Shown here in pieces: positions 10,906-21,332 of a stretch of 64,000 bases of DNA. The DNA is from an uncultured Gammaproteobacteria bacterium. Lineage in GTDB: Bacteria; Patescibacteriota; Patescibacteriia; Magasanikbacterales; GWA2-37-8. Each line of letters starts with the position of its first letter. Within the stretch, counting starts at the first letter, position 1. Below the pieces are notes generated by a model. That model was not told where the DNA came from, did no database searches, and saw nothing but the letters and a program-made list of their open reading frames with translations. The position numbers and the translations under genes were made by a program. The stretch is taken from positions 267,978-331,977 of the forward strand of contig CAYOXC010000001.1 of assembly GCA_964407865.1 (NCBI GenBank), written 5' to 3'.

Positions 10906-12255
10906 ATGGAATATCCAGGATCAAAGATATCAAAAAAAATAAGGTATGCTATTTTATTCACTGCAATAGCTATTTTTTTTATAATGGCTCCGGCTCTAAT
11001 TATGTATACCAGTGGCTATCGCTATGACTGGAAACGCGGCTTTTTGCGTGAAACAGGTGCTTTGAATATTGATATTGAACCAAAAAATGCCGGTGTCACT
11101 ATTAATGGCGTTAAAATGAAACCAGGCATGCCGCTACGTTTGACCGACAGAATTCCGGGTAAATATAAAATATTAATATCTGCACCTGGTTATATTGACT
11201 GGCAAAAAGAAATTGAAATCAAAAATAAGCAAACTTTATATATCAAAGATGTCTCCCTGCTTAAATCCAACCAACCAAGTCTTATTGCCGAAGGCAATGT
11301 CAATGATGTAAAAATTTCATTTGACGGTAAATATTTAAGCTACCTAAGAACAACTGAAACGAACATCGAGGCCCACCTTGTTACATTAGATTCCTTTTCT
11401 GACCTTACTTTATTGGTGCTACCAAAAAGCACAGGCGCGAAAATTGAAATGTCTCCAAACAATCATTATATTGCCATTAGCGAAGCTCAAAGCCCCTATA
11501 ACACTTTGACTATCTTTAATTCTGAAGATGTGTCAAAAAAAATTGACCTGATTGCTCGAACCAAAGTTTCCATAACTAAATACCAATGGAAAGAATCCTC
11601 AGCAGCTGAACTTTACTACAGTACTAAATCCAGTCTTATGTCGATCATTCCGTTAACCGAACAGCGTTATTTACTTTCAAAAAATACATGGTTTGATTGG
11701 TATATGGAAAACGGACAGCTCTGGACACTGCAACTATCTTCAACCACAAAAAAAATAAAATTAGTACGAGACAGCCTAGGTTTTAACGAGGATTTTGCCG
11801 CGGAAAATATATTTACTCCCTCTGAGCAACAACTCTCCATTCTTATTGCCACGAATAATCATTTACTTTTTAAAAAAAATAACCAGCCTGAAATGATTTT
11901 GCTTGCAAAGGATAAAAAATATAACTTGGCTGGAGAAAAATTTAAAATTTCACCGTATAATAACTGGTGGCTAATTTGGACTCCATGGGAGATATGGACA
12001 TACAGCATGGGTAAAGAACCGAACTTACTAAATCGATCCGGTGAAGGTTTAAATAATATTGAGCCTCTAGATCAGTATAATACTTTGGCTTTAATCTGGA
12101 ATGATAAATTAACAATTCTTTATCCTTACTACTTGGTCACCCACGACTTAATAAATCATCAAATAAATTCAATGGCAGCTGACTCAAAAAATAAAATTTT
12201 GTATTTTTCTGGCACTATCAATAATAAATCTGGATTGTGGAAATTGGATTATTAA
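10906..12255 (+). CDS. Membrane-anchored PEGA-domain protein
   Basis: 449 aa; N-terminal TM; PEGA-like segment (GVTINGVKMKPGMPLRLTDRIPGKYKILISAPGYIDWQKEIEI); rest beta-rich with no known catalytic motif. Confidence 0.6.
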   Translation: MEYPGSKISKKIRYAILFTAIAIFFIMAPALIMYTSGYRYDWKRGFLRETGALNIDIEPKNAGVTINGVKMKPGMPLRLTDRIPGKYKILISAPGYIDWQKEIEIKNKQTLYIKDVSLLKSNQPSLIAEGNVNDVKISFDGKYLSYLRTTETNIEAHLVTLDSFSDLTLLVLPKSTGAKIEMSPNNHYIAISEAQSPYNTLTIFNSEDVSKKIDLIARTKVSITKYQWKESSAAELYYSTKSSLMSIIPLTEQRYLLSKNTWFDWYMENGQLWTLQLSSTTKKIKLVRDSLGFNEDFAAENIFTPSEQQLSILIATNNHLLFKKNNQPEMILLAKDKKYNLAGEKFKISPYNNWWLIWTPWEIWTYSMGKEPNLLNRSGEGLNNIEPLDQYNTLALIWNDKLTILYPYYLVTHDLINHQINSMAADSKNKILYFSGTINNKSGLWKLDY

Positions 12256-12265
12256 AAATATAGAT

Positions 12266-12682
12266 ATGAAACTAACTATTTACACTGATGGCGGTGCGCG
12301 TGGCAATCCCGGACCAGCGGCAATCGGCATAGTGCTGAAAAACGAGAACGATGATACTGTCGCGTCTTACGGCGAATATATTGGAGAACAAACAAATAAT
12401 TTTGCCGAATACTCGGCGCTAATTTCCGGTTTAAAAAAAGCAAGAGAATTAGGCGCTGATGAAGTTCTCTGCATAATGGATTCCGAACTGGTGACTAAAC
12501 AAATGCGCCAGGAATACAAAGTCAGAGAACCAAATTTACAAAAACTTTTTGTCCAGGCATGGAATGCTGCTGGTCAATTTAAGAAAGTTACCTACCGACA
12601 CACGCTTCGTACAGGAAATAAAGAAGCAGACTCAATACTTAATAAAATTCTCGACCAAGAGACGCGACGGGCAATAAAATAA
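12266..12682 (+). CDS. rnhA: Ribonuclease HI family protein
   Basis: 138 aa; MKLTIYTDGGARGNPGPAAIGIVL RNase H fold start with DEDD-type residues. Confidence 0.8.
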   Translation: MKLTIYTDGGARGNPGPAAIGIVLKNENDDTVASYGEYIGEQTNNFAEYSALISGLKKARELGADEVLCIMDSELVTKQMRQEYKVREPNLQKLFVQAWNAAGQFKKVTYRHTLRTGNKEADSILNKILDQETRRAIK

Positions 12683-12691
12683 AAAACGAGC

Positions 12692-13807
12692 TTAAAGCTC
12701 GTTTTTTATTTCCTCAAGCGCCTGTTTTATTTTTTTACTTACTTTTTTAGGTACTCTGATTTTAATACGTACATAATGGTCTCCCCGACCACTTTTTTGT
12801 AAAAAATTAATACCTCGCCCTTTAAGGCGTATAAGTTGTCCTGACTCAATACCTTCTGGAATTGCGACATTAATTTTCCCATCAAGAGTTTCTACTTCAA
12901 TCTTATCCCCTAATACAGCCTGAGAAAATGAAATTTCCGCATTTGAATAAACATCAAAATTGTCACGTTCCCAAATCTTACTCGGCTTTATATGAACTCT
13001 AACATATAAATCGCCTGATCCACCACCGTATGGAGCCGCCTCGCCATAACCTGAAAGCCTTACGGATTGCCCCTCGTTAATTCCAGCCGGAATTTTTACT
13101 TTGACACTTACGGTTTTTGATAATATTCCATCACCACCGCAATGCTTGCATCTTTTGGCCGATCGTTCACCGCGACCACGGCATTCCGGACAAGCGCTGA
13201 CTGTCTGCATGGAACCAAGAAAAGTTCTTTGAGTCTGAACCACTCTACCTTGGCCATTGCATTTATTGCATTTTTCCATCTTACTTCCAGGTTCAGAGCC
13301 GGAACCGGAACAGACATCGCAACGGCTTTGCTTTCTTACGCTCACTTCTCTTTCAACTCCAAATGCCGCATCCTTAAAATCCAATTCAATATCTATTTGA
13401 ATATCGCGTCCTTGAGCGCTGCGTCCTCCGCCAAAACCGTTAAAACTCCAACCGGAACCGCCACCTGAAAATAAATCACCAAATAAATCACCTAAATCAA
13501 TTCCACCAAAATTAACGTTGCTATAACCACCCTGACCCCCTCTAGCCGCTTTCATAAAATCATCCCAGCTCATGCCTGAACCCCATCCGCCTTGAGCATC
13601 AAAATCAGAGCCGAATTGATCATAGCGTGCTCGTTTATTGGAATCACCCAAAACCTGATAAGCTTCATTAATATCTTTGAACTTCTTTTCATCTCCGGTC
13701 GGCCGATCCGGGTGGTATTGCATAGCTAGCTTTTTAAAAGCTTTCTTTACCTCATCTTGTGAAGCACTCTTATCAATACCTAAGGCCTTATAATAATCTT
13801 TTCCCAT
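12692..13807 (-). CDS. dnaJ: Chaperone DnaJ
   Basis: 371 aa; J-domain with HPD (QYHPDRP); Gly-rich linker; four CxxCxGxG zinc-finger repeats; C-terminal domains. Confidence 0.9.
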   Translation of the reverse strand: MGKDYYKALGIDKSASQDEVKKAFKKLAMQYHPDRPTGDEKKFKDINEAYQVLGDSNKRARYDQFGSDFDAQGGWGSGMSWDDFMKAARGGQGGYSNVNFGGIDLGDLFGDLFSGGGSGWSFNGFGGGRSAQGRDIQIDIELDFKDAAFGVEREVSVRKQSRCDVCSGSGSEPGSKMEKCNKCNGQGRVVQTQRTFLGSMQTVSACPECRGRGERSAKRCKHCGGDGILSKTVSVKVKIPAGINEGQSVRLSGYGEAAPYGGGSGDLYVRVHIKPSKIWERDNFDVYSNAEISFSQAVLGDKIEVETLDGKINVAIPEGIESGQLIRLKGRGINFLQKSGRGDHYVRIKIRVPKKVSKKIKQALEEIKNEL

Positions 13808-13809
13808 AG

Positions 13810-15177
13810 TTATTGCTGGGAAAGATTTAGTTTGACTGTCTTCTCTTCCCCTTTGTGGAATACTTTTAATTTTATTTCATCACCAGGCTTCTTTTCTTGA
13901 ATTGCGTCTGATAACAAATATCTTTCATTTAACTTCTTTCCATCAACTTCTAAAATTATATCATTCTCTACGATACCGGCCTTATCAGCTGGAGATCCTG
14001 GCATAACTGCCAAATCAGTCACCGTATCACCGCGAATAACTAGCATGCCATAATCATACGGTAAATTATTCTTTGTTTTTAATTCATCGGTAATCGGTAT
14101 ATAACGTACTCCAAGCCACGGAAGAGCTACTTTTTCAATCGTGCCAGTTTCTTTTACCTGATCAAAAGCTAACTTGACCAAATTTATTGGAATAGCAAAA
14201 CCGATACTCTGGGCATCCGCCATGGCAGTATTGATACCAATTGCTTTTCCGCTAATGTCTAAAAGCGGACCGCCTGAGTTTCCAGGATTTATAGCCGCAT
14301 CCGTTTGAATTAAATTATTTAATTTTTCATAACCACCGTTTGATATACCGGCGGTAATTTTTCTCGACAAACCCGAAACGACACCTTTGCTGACCGTGTT
14401 ATCAAATTCACCCAGCGAATAACCGATCGCCACAACAGTTTGGCCAATATCTAAATTATCTGAATCACCTAACACCACAAAAGGCAGATCGGATTCTTCA
14501 ATTTTAAGAATGGCTATATCATTACTAGGATCACGAGCTAAAACTTGAGCAACAATTTTTTTACCTAAATTTTTTTCATCATTTAATACAACGGTGTATT
14601 CAGCATTTTCATCCGCTACCACATGCTTGTTGGTAACAATATAGCCGTCGCTAGATAATACAAAACCAGTCCCCGCTCCTATCCGGCGTTTTTCGGTACC
14701 ATTCTGACACCAAGCGGGAAACTGAAAGTTAAAAAATTGTTGGAATTCCTGCGGTACGCCATACATCGGAGCATTTTGATAGCACTGCTCCAATTTTGGC
14801 ACTTCAGCTGACGCAATAATACTTACAACTGCCGGTGAATTTTTCTTAACAACTTCAATAACTTGTGATTGTTCGTCAACAACTTTGATGACAGTATTTG
14901 CCTCATCTTTATCATTAGTAAATTTATTCATTAAACCACCCCAAGAATCACGAATACTGCCGAGCAAACTCCAGTTGTATGTTTTTACTGACTGATCTTC
15001 GGTCACTGCTGCGCTCTTGCTAAAATAATTTATCGAACCCCAAACTATAAAAACAATCAGCACTGCCGTACAGACAAACAAAATAATTGCAGTAATCAAA
15101 CCAATGCGAATAAATCGTTTACCTACGTCTCGAACAACAGGCTCCTTATTTTTAAAGGGATTATCAATATCCTCCAT
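13810..15177 (-). CDS. htrA: HtrA/DegP-family serine protease with PDZ domain
   Basis: 455 aa; TM anchor; trypsin-like core with GNSGGPLL oxyanion/Ser motif; C-terminal PDZ. Confidence 0.85.
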   Translation of the reverse strand: MEDIDNPFKNKEPVVRDVGKRFIRIGLITAIILFVCTAVLIVFIVWGSINYFSKSAAVTEDQSVKTYNWSLLGSIRDSWGGLMNKFTNDKDEANTVIKVVDEQSQVIEVVKKNSPAVVSIIASAEVPKLEQCYQNAPMYGVPQEFQQFFNFQFPAWCQNGTEKRRIGAGTGFVLSSDGYIVTNKHVVADENAEYTVVLNDEKNLGKKIVAQVLARDPSNDIAILKIEESDLPFVVLGDSDNLDIGQTVVAIGYSLGEFDNTVSKGVVSGLSRKITAGISNGGYEKLNNLIQTDAAINPGNSGGPLLDISGKAIGINTAMADAQSIGFAIPINLVKLAFDQVKETGTIEKVALPWLGVRYIPITDELKTKNNLPYDYGMLVIRGDTVTDLAVMPGSPADKAGIVENDIILEVDGKKLNERYLLSDAIQEKKPGDEIKLKVFHKGEEKTVKLNLSQQ

Positions 15178-15203
15178 AGTAAATAATTTTTATTAATAAA
15201 TAT

Positions 15204-17141
15204 TTATTTAACCACTTCACCCTCTATTGGCCCATTATCTTTATTTTCATTGCTGTCAGAATCTGACGACTGGTCGCCTTTTGGTTCCTGCTCGTTATCA
15301 GGCGTCGCTGGTGGAGGGGTTGTGCCTTGCTTCTCAGCAGAATACATCTTCATGCCGACTGCCTGTGCAGCTTTAGATAACTCTTCACTCATTTTTTTTA
15401 TCGCCTCTACATCATCCTTATCTTTTACCTCTTTCAAATTGGCCAGTGAATCATTAACTGCCTTTTTTTCGTCGTCAGTTATATCAACTTTCTTTTCTTC
15501 AACTTCCTTCATCATTTTCTCGGTCGTATAAATCATGGTGTCAGCAATATTTCTCGCCTCAATTAAATCCTGCTTGCCTTTATCCTCGGCAGCATGCACT
15601 TCAGCTTCTTGTCTCATTCGTTCAATTTCTTCTTTTGATAAACCGGATGAAGCCTCGATACGAATTGATTGTTCTTTGTTAGTTGCTTTATCCTTTGCCT
15701 TAACATTTAAAATACCATTAGCGTCAATATCGAAAGTAACTTCAACTTGAGGCACGCCTCTTGGAGCTGGTGGAATACCGTCCAACATAAAGCGGCCTAA
15801 AGTTTTATTGTCAACTGCCATTGAACGCTCTCCTTGTAAAACATGCACCTCCACACTAGGTTGACTATCAGCTGCCGTAGAAAATACCTGAGTTTTTGAA
15901 GTTGGAATAGTAGTATTTCGATCAATTAATTTTGTCATCACACCTCCTAAAGTTTCTAAACCAAGTGAAAGTGGAGTAACATCCAAAAGTAAAATATCTT
16001 TCACTTCGCCCTTTAAAACACCCCCTTGTACTCCTGCACCAACCGCCACTACTTCATCTGGATTCACGCTGATATTTGGTTTTTTACCGAAAAATTTCTC
16101 AACCGTTTTTATAACTAGCGGCATTCTGGTCATACCGCCAACCATAACAACTTCTTCAATATCAGAGGCCTTTAATTTTGCATCATCAAGCGCTCGCTGA
16201 ACCGGTTCTAAAGTTTTTTCTATCAAACCACCAATCAATTCTTCTAATTTTGCTCGCGTTAATTTCATCACTAGATGCTTCGGCCCATTTGAATCAGAAG
16301 TAATAAATGGCTGATTAATTTCCGATTCTTGAGTTGTGGATAATTCAATTTTGGCTTTCTCGGCTGCTTCCTTAATACGCTGAAGAGCTAAAGTATCTTT
16401 CGCCAAGTCAATCCCTTGATCACGCTTAAACTCATCAATTATCCAATTAATAATCACCTGATCGAAATCATCACCACCTAAATGCGTATCGCCATTGGTG
16501 GAAAGCACCTGAACATTATCAGGAGCTACATCTAATATTGAAATATCAAAAGTTCCACCGCCCAAATCATAAACAGCTATCTGCTCATTGGTTTTTTTGT
16601 CAAAACCATAAGCCAAAGCAGCCGCGGTTGGCTCATTAATAATACGAAGAACATTCAATCCAGCTATCTCACCGGCATCCTTGGTTGCTTTGCGCTGTGA
16701 ATCATCAAAATATGCCGGTACGGTAATCACTGCATCGGTTATCTTTTCTCCCAGACGTTCTTCAGCATCAGATTTCATTTTTCCCAAAATCATTGCGGAA
16801 ATTTCCTGAGGGCTATATTCCTTACCCTGCATTAAAACTTTTATTCCATCACCAGCCTGAACAATTTTATACGGCATCAATTTCAAATCACGCTGAACCT
16901 CTGCGTCATCCCAACGGCGACCAATCAAACGCTTAATCGAAAATAGTGTGTTCTCAGGATTTGTTACAGCTTGACGTTTGGCTAACTGCCCAACTAATCG
17001 CTCACCTGATTTAGCAATAGCTACAATTGACGGAGTTGTCCGTGTCCCCTCTTTGTTTTCCAGCACCTTTGGCTGACCACCTTCAATGATAGCCATGCAT
17101 GAATTTGTGGTGCCGAGATCAATCCCTAGTACTTTTGACAT
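15204..17141 (-). CDS. dnaK: Chaperone DnaK (Hsp70)
   Basis: 645 aa; [16 protein letters not shown], Hsp70 substrate-binding domain and lid. Confidence 0.95.
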   Translation of the reverse strand: MSKVLGIDLGTTNSCMAIIEGGQPKVLENKEGTRTTPSIVAIAKSGERLVGQLAKRQAVTNPENTLFSIKRLIGRRWDDAEVQRDLKLMPYKIVQAGDGIKVLMQGKEYSPQEISAMILGKMKSDAEERLGEKITDAVITVPAYFDDSQRKATKDAGEIAGLNVLRIINEPTAAALAYGFDKKTNEQIAVYDLGGGTFDISILDVAPDNVQVLSTNGDTHLGGDDFDQVIINWIIDEFKRDQGIDLAKDTLALQRIKEAAEKAKIELSTTQESEINQPFITSDSNGPKHLVMKLTRAKLEELIGGLIEKTLEPVQRALDDAKLKASDIEEVVMVGGMTRMPLVIKTVEKFFGKKPNISVNPDEVVAVGAGVQGGVLKGEVKDILLLDVTPLSLGLETLGGVMTKLIDRNTTIPTSKTQVFSTAADSQPSVEVHVLQGERSMAVDNKTLGRFMLDGIPPAPRGVPQVEVTFDIDANGILNVKAKDKATNKEQSIRIEASSGLSKEEIERMRQEAEVHAAEDKGKQDLIEARNIADTMIYTTEKMMKEVEEKKVDITDDEKKAVNDSLANLKEVKDKDDVEAIKKMSEELSKAAQAVGMKMYSAEKQGTTPPPATPDNEQEPKGDQSSDSDSNENKDNGPIEGEVVK

Positions 17142-17173
17142 AAAAAATTTTATTAATTATTTTTCAACTCACC

Positions 17174-17199
17174 TCTCAGCCCTTAAATCTAGGCTGAGA
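17174..17199 (-). promoter_or_regulatory. Perfect 8-bp-stem hairpin in the dnaK 5' leader (TCTCAGCC-N10-GGCTGAGA)
   Basis: Seen directly in sequence between the hsp20 stop and the dnaK start. It is not a CIRCE sequence. Confidence 0.3.
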
Positions 17200-17231
17200 A
17201 TAAGTGGAAAAATTTGTCCGCCTTGAGCGGA

Positions 17232-17657
17232 TTATTTTTTAACTACTTTAACATCAACTTTTTTAGTCTTTGATGACATTGCCTTTGGACAAGTAATTTT
17301 TAAAATACCATCCTTAAATTCAGCAACCGTCTTATCGTCCACTACCGGAGCAGGCAGAGCAAGTTCGCGGTAGAACGAACCACTTCTAACTTCCTTGCGA
17401 TAATAATTCTTTTCCTCTACCTCGTGTTCCTTTTTACTTTCGCCTTTTATGGTGAGCACACCCTTATCAACACTAACCTTTACATCTTCCGGCTTCATGC
17501 CGGCTAAAGGCGCTTCTACCACCACCTCTGTGTCTGTTTCATAAACATCGACTGGTGGTACAAAAGCCTTAAGTGACGGATGGACCATAGGCAAGCGCAT
17601 CGCCTCGTCCATCTCGCTAAACGGGTCCCACATTGGAGACCAACGTATTAAACTCAT
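17232..17657 (-). CDS. Small heat-shock protein (Hsp20/alpha-crystallin family)
   Basis: 141 aa; alpha-crystallin domain signature (DVYETDTEVVVEAPLAGMKPEDVKVSV...LTIKG). Confidence 0.85.
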   Translation of the reverse strand: MSLIRWSPMWDPFSEMDEAMRLPMVHPSLKAFVPPVDVYETDTEVVVEAPLAGMKPEDVKVSVDKGVLTIKGESKKEHEVEEKNYYRKEVRSGSFYRELALPAPVVDDKTVAEFKDGILKITCPKAMSSKTKKVDVKVVKK

Positions 17658-17734
17658 ATTTTAGCCTCCTTCTGTTTAACGCCGTTCGACGAAAAACAGA
17701 AATATATATTTAATAAATATTTAATATTTAATAT

Positions 17735-18616
17735 TTACTCTTTAACTATTACCTTGGCCGGCCTGATCACCCGGTCGCCCATCATATATCCAGCGGTTAT
17801 TTCTTGCAAAATCTCGCCTTCTTCAGCGTCAACTGCCTCTTCTTTACCAACCGCTTCGTGAAACTTAGGATCGAACAGCTCACCAACAGTTTTTATTTCC
17901 TCCACTCCGTGCGATTTTAAAATATCACCAAATTGCTTAATCACATGTTTTACCCCCTCTGTCCAAGGATTAACTTCGACCTCCTTTGTACCGTTCAAAG
18001 CCAATTTAAGATTTTCATACACTGGTATAAATTCTTCCAAAACTTGCTGTTCGCTCATTTTAATCCATTCGGCACGACGGCTATCAATTTCTTTTTGTAA
18101 ATTCCGATAATCGGCTAAAGCCCTCTGCCAATTCAACTTATATTCTTCAATTTGCTCAGCCGCATCTTTGTTTTCAAAATGCTTAATAAAAAACTTTACA
18201 GTAGTTTCGGTAAACGGATCGATCTTGTATTTTTTGTCAGTTAAAACTTCTTTTGGATCAACCCAAACCCATTCGCTCATTTCACGACTTTCTTTCAGCT
18301 CACCACCGCACATATGGGCCGCATAATCCAAAAAAATAAAATGCGCCTTCCGATGAAAAAATTTAGGATTATTTGCCTCCTGAAATCCAATGTATTCAAC
18401 TTTATCAACATCTAAACCAGTTTCTTCTAAAATTTCACGCTTATTTGCATCTTCGCATGATTCGCCTAGTTCTACATGGCCTCCGGGTATATGCCAACGC
18501 TCGCCCCATTTTGGTGATCTAATTAATAAAACTTTTCCTTCATCATTGTATATAAGCGAACCCACGGTTGGTTCGGGATAGGTTTGGTTCCAGTCTTTGT
18601 TAAATTCAGCTGACAT
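17735..18616 (-). CDS. grpE: Nudix hydrolase fused to nucleotide-exchange factor GrpE
   Basis: 293 aa. Residues about 40-65 carry a perfect Nudix box GX5EX7REUXEEXGU (GGHVELGESCEDANKREILEETGL). The C-terminal about 150 aa is GrpE (FDPKFHEAVG...GYMMGDRVIRPAKVIV). It sits in the GrpE position of the hrcA-grpE-dnaK operon. Confidence 0.8.
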   Translation of the reverse strand: MSAEFNKDWNQTYPEPTVGSLIYNDEGKVLLIRSPKWGERWHIPGGHVELGESCEDANKREILEETGLDVDKVEYIGFQEANNPKFFHRKAHFIFLDYAAHMCGGELKESREMSEWVWVDPKEVLTDKKYKIDPFTETTVKFFIKHFENKDAAEQIEEYKLNWQRALADYRNLQKEIDSRRAEWIKMSEQQVLEEFIPVYENLKLALNGTKEVEVNPWTEGVKHVIKQFGDILKSHGVEEIKTVGELFDPKFHEAVGKEEAVDAEEGEILQEITAGYMMGDRVIRPAKVIVKE

Positions 18617-18617
18617 A

Positions 18618-19325
18618 TTATTTAATTAAGTCATTAGCCTTTGATACTACGGCAAAATTTTTCTTATAATCCATCCTAATAGGTCCGAAAACAATAAACA
18701 TACCTTCCCTGTTCTTCCCAGTTCGTGATGCCACTACGCTTAAATATGATCCAAAGGGGTGTTCCTGGCCAATAAAAACACGTGTTTCATTGCCCACATG
18801 ATTATAGAATCTGCTCAAGCAATCTTCACATTGATCAAACATTCTAGAAGTATTTATTACCATTGATGAACTGGTAAATTCCGGCTTATCAAACAAGCTG
18901 GAAAGTCCGGTATAAAAAATTCGATCTTGGGTAAAAGCGATGATAACTGCCTCGCGAGTTATTCGCGCAGACTCTTTAGCTAGAGACTTGCAAGCCAAAT
19001 CATGCTCATGCTCTTTCTTGTATGATTTTTCCAGATCAGCCAAATCTTTTTTATTCAATTTCAGATCTCTATGATTCAAATTTTTGATATAAAAATGATA
19101 ACCCGATTCAGTTGGAATTCGTCCGGCTGAAGTATGCGGGTGTGTTAAATAACCTGCTTGTTCAAGAGCTCTCAAGTCATTCCGGATAGTAGCTTCGCTC
19201 CAGCCAACTTTTTCCTTATAAGCTAGAAATTTGGAGCTAACCGGTTCGGCAGTACTAATAAAATTTTCTACTACAATGTTGAGGAGCTCTTTCTGGCGAG
19301 GTTCAATTTCATGCTCTGCTGGCAT
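18618..19325 (-). CDS. hrcA: Heat-inducible transcription repressor HrcA (short form)
   Basis: 235 aa; N-terminal wHTH (LSERQKELL-like ...ATIRNDLRALEQAGYLTHPHTSAGRIPT); shorter than the canonical ~340 aa protein. Confidence 0.8.
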   Translation of the reverse strand: MPAEHEIEPRQKELLNIVVENFISTAEPVSSKFLAYKEKVGWSEATIRNDLRALEQAGYLTHPHTSAGRIPTESGYHFYIKNLNHRDLKLNKKDLADLEKSYKKEHEHDLACKSLAKESARITREAVIIAFTQDRIFYTGLSSLFDKPEFTSSSMVINTSRMFDQCEDCLSRFYNHVGNETRVFIGQEHPFGSYLSVVASRTGKNREGMFIVFGPIRMDYKKNFAVVSKANDLIK

Positions 19326-19334
19326 AAAAAATAT

Positions 19335-19361
19335 TTATCACTCTAATCTATTGAGTGATAA
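19335..19361 (-). promoter_or_regulatory. CIRCE-like HrcA operator (TTATCACTC-N9-GAGTGATAA) in the hrcA promoter
   Basis: Perfect 9-bp inverted repeat with 9-bp spacer, one position off the CIRCE consensus TTAGCACTC-N9-GAGTGCTAA. It lies just downstream of a minus-strand TTGACA(-35) / TATATT(-10) pair and about 10 nt before the hrcA ATG. Confidence 0.6.
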
Positions 19362-19433
19362 TATACCACGCTTGCTCAATGTGTCAAGTATTAAAAAACC
19401 CCCAGATAAGGGGGTAAATTCATTGTGTTCACA

Positions 19434-20000
19434 TTATATCGACTGAATCTCGCTTAAAAGCACATTTTCAACGTAAATACCACGCGAGTAAAAAATACTC
19501 TCTAATTCTTCTTTTAACATTTCCTCAACTTCATCTCTTCGCGCACCAACAATATCTTGATAATTAAAACGTGAAAAAACCATGCGAATCCTACTTCTTA
19601 CCGTCGGCCGAACAATTTTTTCCACAAAATCTTCGCCAATTGTCTGCCAAATAAGCGGCACCTGATGCAAATCCAACCGCAAAAGCACCGTACCCTCAAC
19701 TCCAACTCGTTTACCATCCATGGTAATTCCAGCAATCGGTATGTCACCAAGAGCTCTGGGTAATTCAGGGTTAAACTGCCGTGAAATACTATATTCCAAC
19801 GTTTGGGTATTAAATAATTTTGCTTTTTGCCAAAAAGGAATTTTTAAATGCAAACCAGGAGTAAGAACTTTTTTTAATACACCCCTGCCTAAATCATAAA
19901 CACAAGCAACATATCCAGGCGGAACATGTATAAAAAAACCTTTCAGTACGTCTTCAACGACGAAAGAATACATTAGCTTATCTAGAGAGTCTCCTGCCAT
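19434..20000 (-). CDS. SPFH/Band-7 (prohibitin-like) domain protein
   Basis: 188 aa; band-7 core pattern (IPIAGITMDG...GTVLLRLD...IVRPTVRSRIRMVFSRFNYQDI). Confidence 0.7.
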   Translation of the reverse strand: MAGDSLDKLMYSFVVEDVLKGFFIHVPPGYVACVYDLGRGVLKKVLTPGLHLKIPFWQKAKLFNTQTLEYSISRQFNPELPRALGDIPIAGITMDGKRVGVEGTVLLRLDLHQVPLIWQTIGEDFVEKIVRPTVRSRIRMVFSRFNYQDIVGARRDEVEEMLKEELESIFYSRGIYVENVLLSEIQSI

Positions 20001-20013
20001 ATTTTATGTTATT

Positions 20014-20727
20014 TTAGGTTTTTTCCGCATTTTCTTTTGACGGAAAAACCGCTATTCGAGCAAGCGTCAATATATCAGAAAATACTATAGAAGTCAAGAT
20101 GAAAAGGGATTTTGCCATTGGTAAAATCCAAAGAAATGTAAAAGTAAAAAGTGGAAATAAAATAAGAAAAACCGCCTCTGATTTTTCCCATTTGCGATCG
20201 GCAAATTTTTCTATGAAATTAACGATAAATAAATAAATAGCGACCATGCCGGCCCAAACCCAATCATGCGACAAGCCAACATTATGACCATAAAAATTGT
20301 TATTAATTTCACCTGGAAAACTTACCGATTGATAAAGTACGCTCACTAGTTTTTCGCCAAAAATACCGCTCATAAAAACACGATAAAGAACGATTAAGAC
20401 TACAACCTGGATTCCCAGTACGGTTACTTTTGCCCAAGGTGAAATGCGGTTAGCGCGAATAATTTTACGGTACTCTTCATTCATGGCCACGCGGTCTGCC
20501 TTAAATACTTCAACTGCCTTGCGCGCCTCTACTTCTACTTTCTTTCTGCGTAATGTATCACGCTGTGAAATAACAGATAGAGGCAAAAGTGCAATACGTA
20601 GAAAAACGGTTAATATAATAACTGCCCAGCCCATATTTTGGCTGGCAATTTCGTTATATATCCAAATTAAAAAATTTAGAAGCGGTTGAAACAAATAGGA
20701 AAACCACAAATCATGAAGCATAATCAC
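20014..20727 (-). CDS. yidC: Membrane protein insertase YidC/Oxa1 (short type)
   Basis: 237 aa polytopic; conserved GWAVIILTVFLRIALLPLSV segment typical of the YidC core. Confidence 0.7.
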   Translation of the reverse strand: MIMLHDLWFSYLFQPLLNFLIWIYNEIASQNMGWAVIILTVFLRIALLPLSVISQRDTLRRKKVEVEARKAVEVFKADRVAMNEEYRKIIRANRISPWAKVTVLGIQVVVLIVLYRVFMSGIFGEKLVSVLYQSVSFPGEINNNFYGHNVGLSHDWVWAGMVAIYLFIVNFIEKFADRKWEKSEAVFLILFPLFTFTFLWILPMAKSLFILTSIVFSDILTLARIAVFPSKENAEKT

Positions 20728-21332
20728 AAACTATAAGTAAAAAGCGAAAAAATAGCGAAGGCAATAGCCATATAAAAAATGCCTCTAGAAACTGGCAAAA
20801 GAGCATCCAAATTAAAAACGAGAGACAAAAGTAGAAATACTACTCCGGCAACCTGCAAACACATTTTGACTTTACCCCAAACATTGGATTGAACTACTAC
20901 CCCATTTCTCATTTTAAAAAGCGCCGCCGTGATAATGACGCTTTCAAGAATAATAATGAACCAAGCGGCGTAAAAATCTACGTATTTTAATACTAAAACA
21001 AAAACAACGGTGCAAATTAAAAGTTTATCAGCCAAAGGATCGTAAAGTTTCCCCCAATTTGTTATCTGATTACGAGTTCTTGCCATCGCCCCATCTAAAG
21101 CGTCGGTTAAAGCGGCAATAAGAAACAAAATTAAACCAATCCAGTAATTTCCGTTCCAAATAAAAAAAGCCACCCAAGGAACCATTAAAAAACGAATGAC
21201 TGTCAAATAGTTCGGTTTTACATTACGCGGTATCAACTTCAAAATCGTGGCCCGAAAAACCTTATCGAAGAAAAATATTTCAGGTTGCTGATTTTGACTT
21301 GTATCAGACATATTATTTTTCAATAATATCAA
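20724..21332 (-). CDS. CDP-alcohol phosphatidyltransferase family protein
   Basis: 202 aa; DALDGAMAR...G...DPLADKLL signature (D-G-x2-A-R...D-x3-D). Confidence 0.8.
   Translation of the reverse strand: MILLKNNMSDTSQNQQPEIFFFDKVFRATILKLIPRNVKPNYLTVIRFLMVPWVAFFIWNGNYWIGLILFLIAALTDALDGAMARTRNQITNWGKLYDPLADKLLICTVVFVLVLKYVDFYAAWFIIILESVIITAALFKMRNGVVVQSNVWGKVKMCLQVAGVVFLLLSLVFNLDALLPVSRGIFYMAIAFAIFSLFTYSL

Noticed and set aside
13108-13468. ORFs antisense to or inside dnaJ
   Set aside because: Overlap the conserved dnaJ zinc-finger region. Repetitive Gly/Cys codons create long open antisense frames.
15250-15750. Ser-rich plus-strand ORFs within dnaK
   Set aside because: Antisense to dnaK; compositionally biased (poly-Ser).
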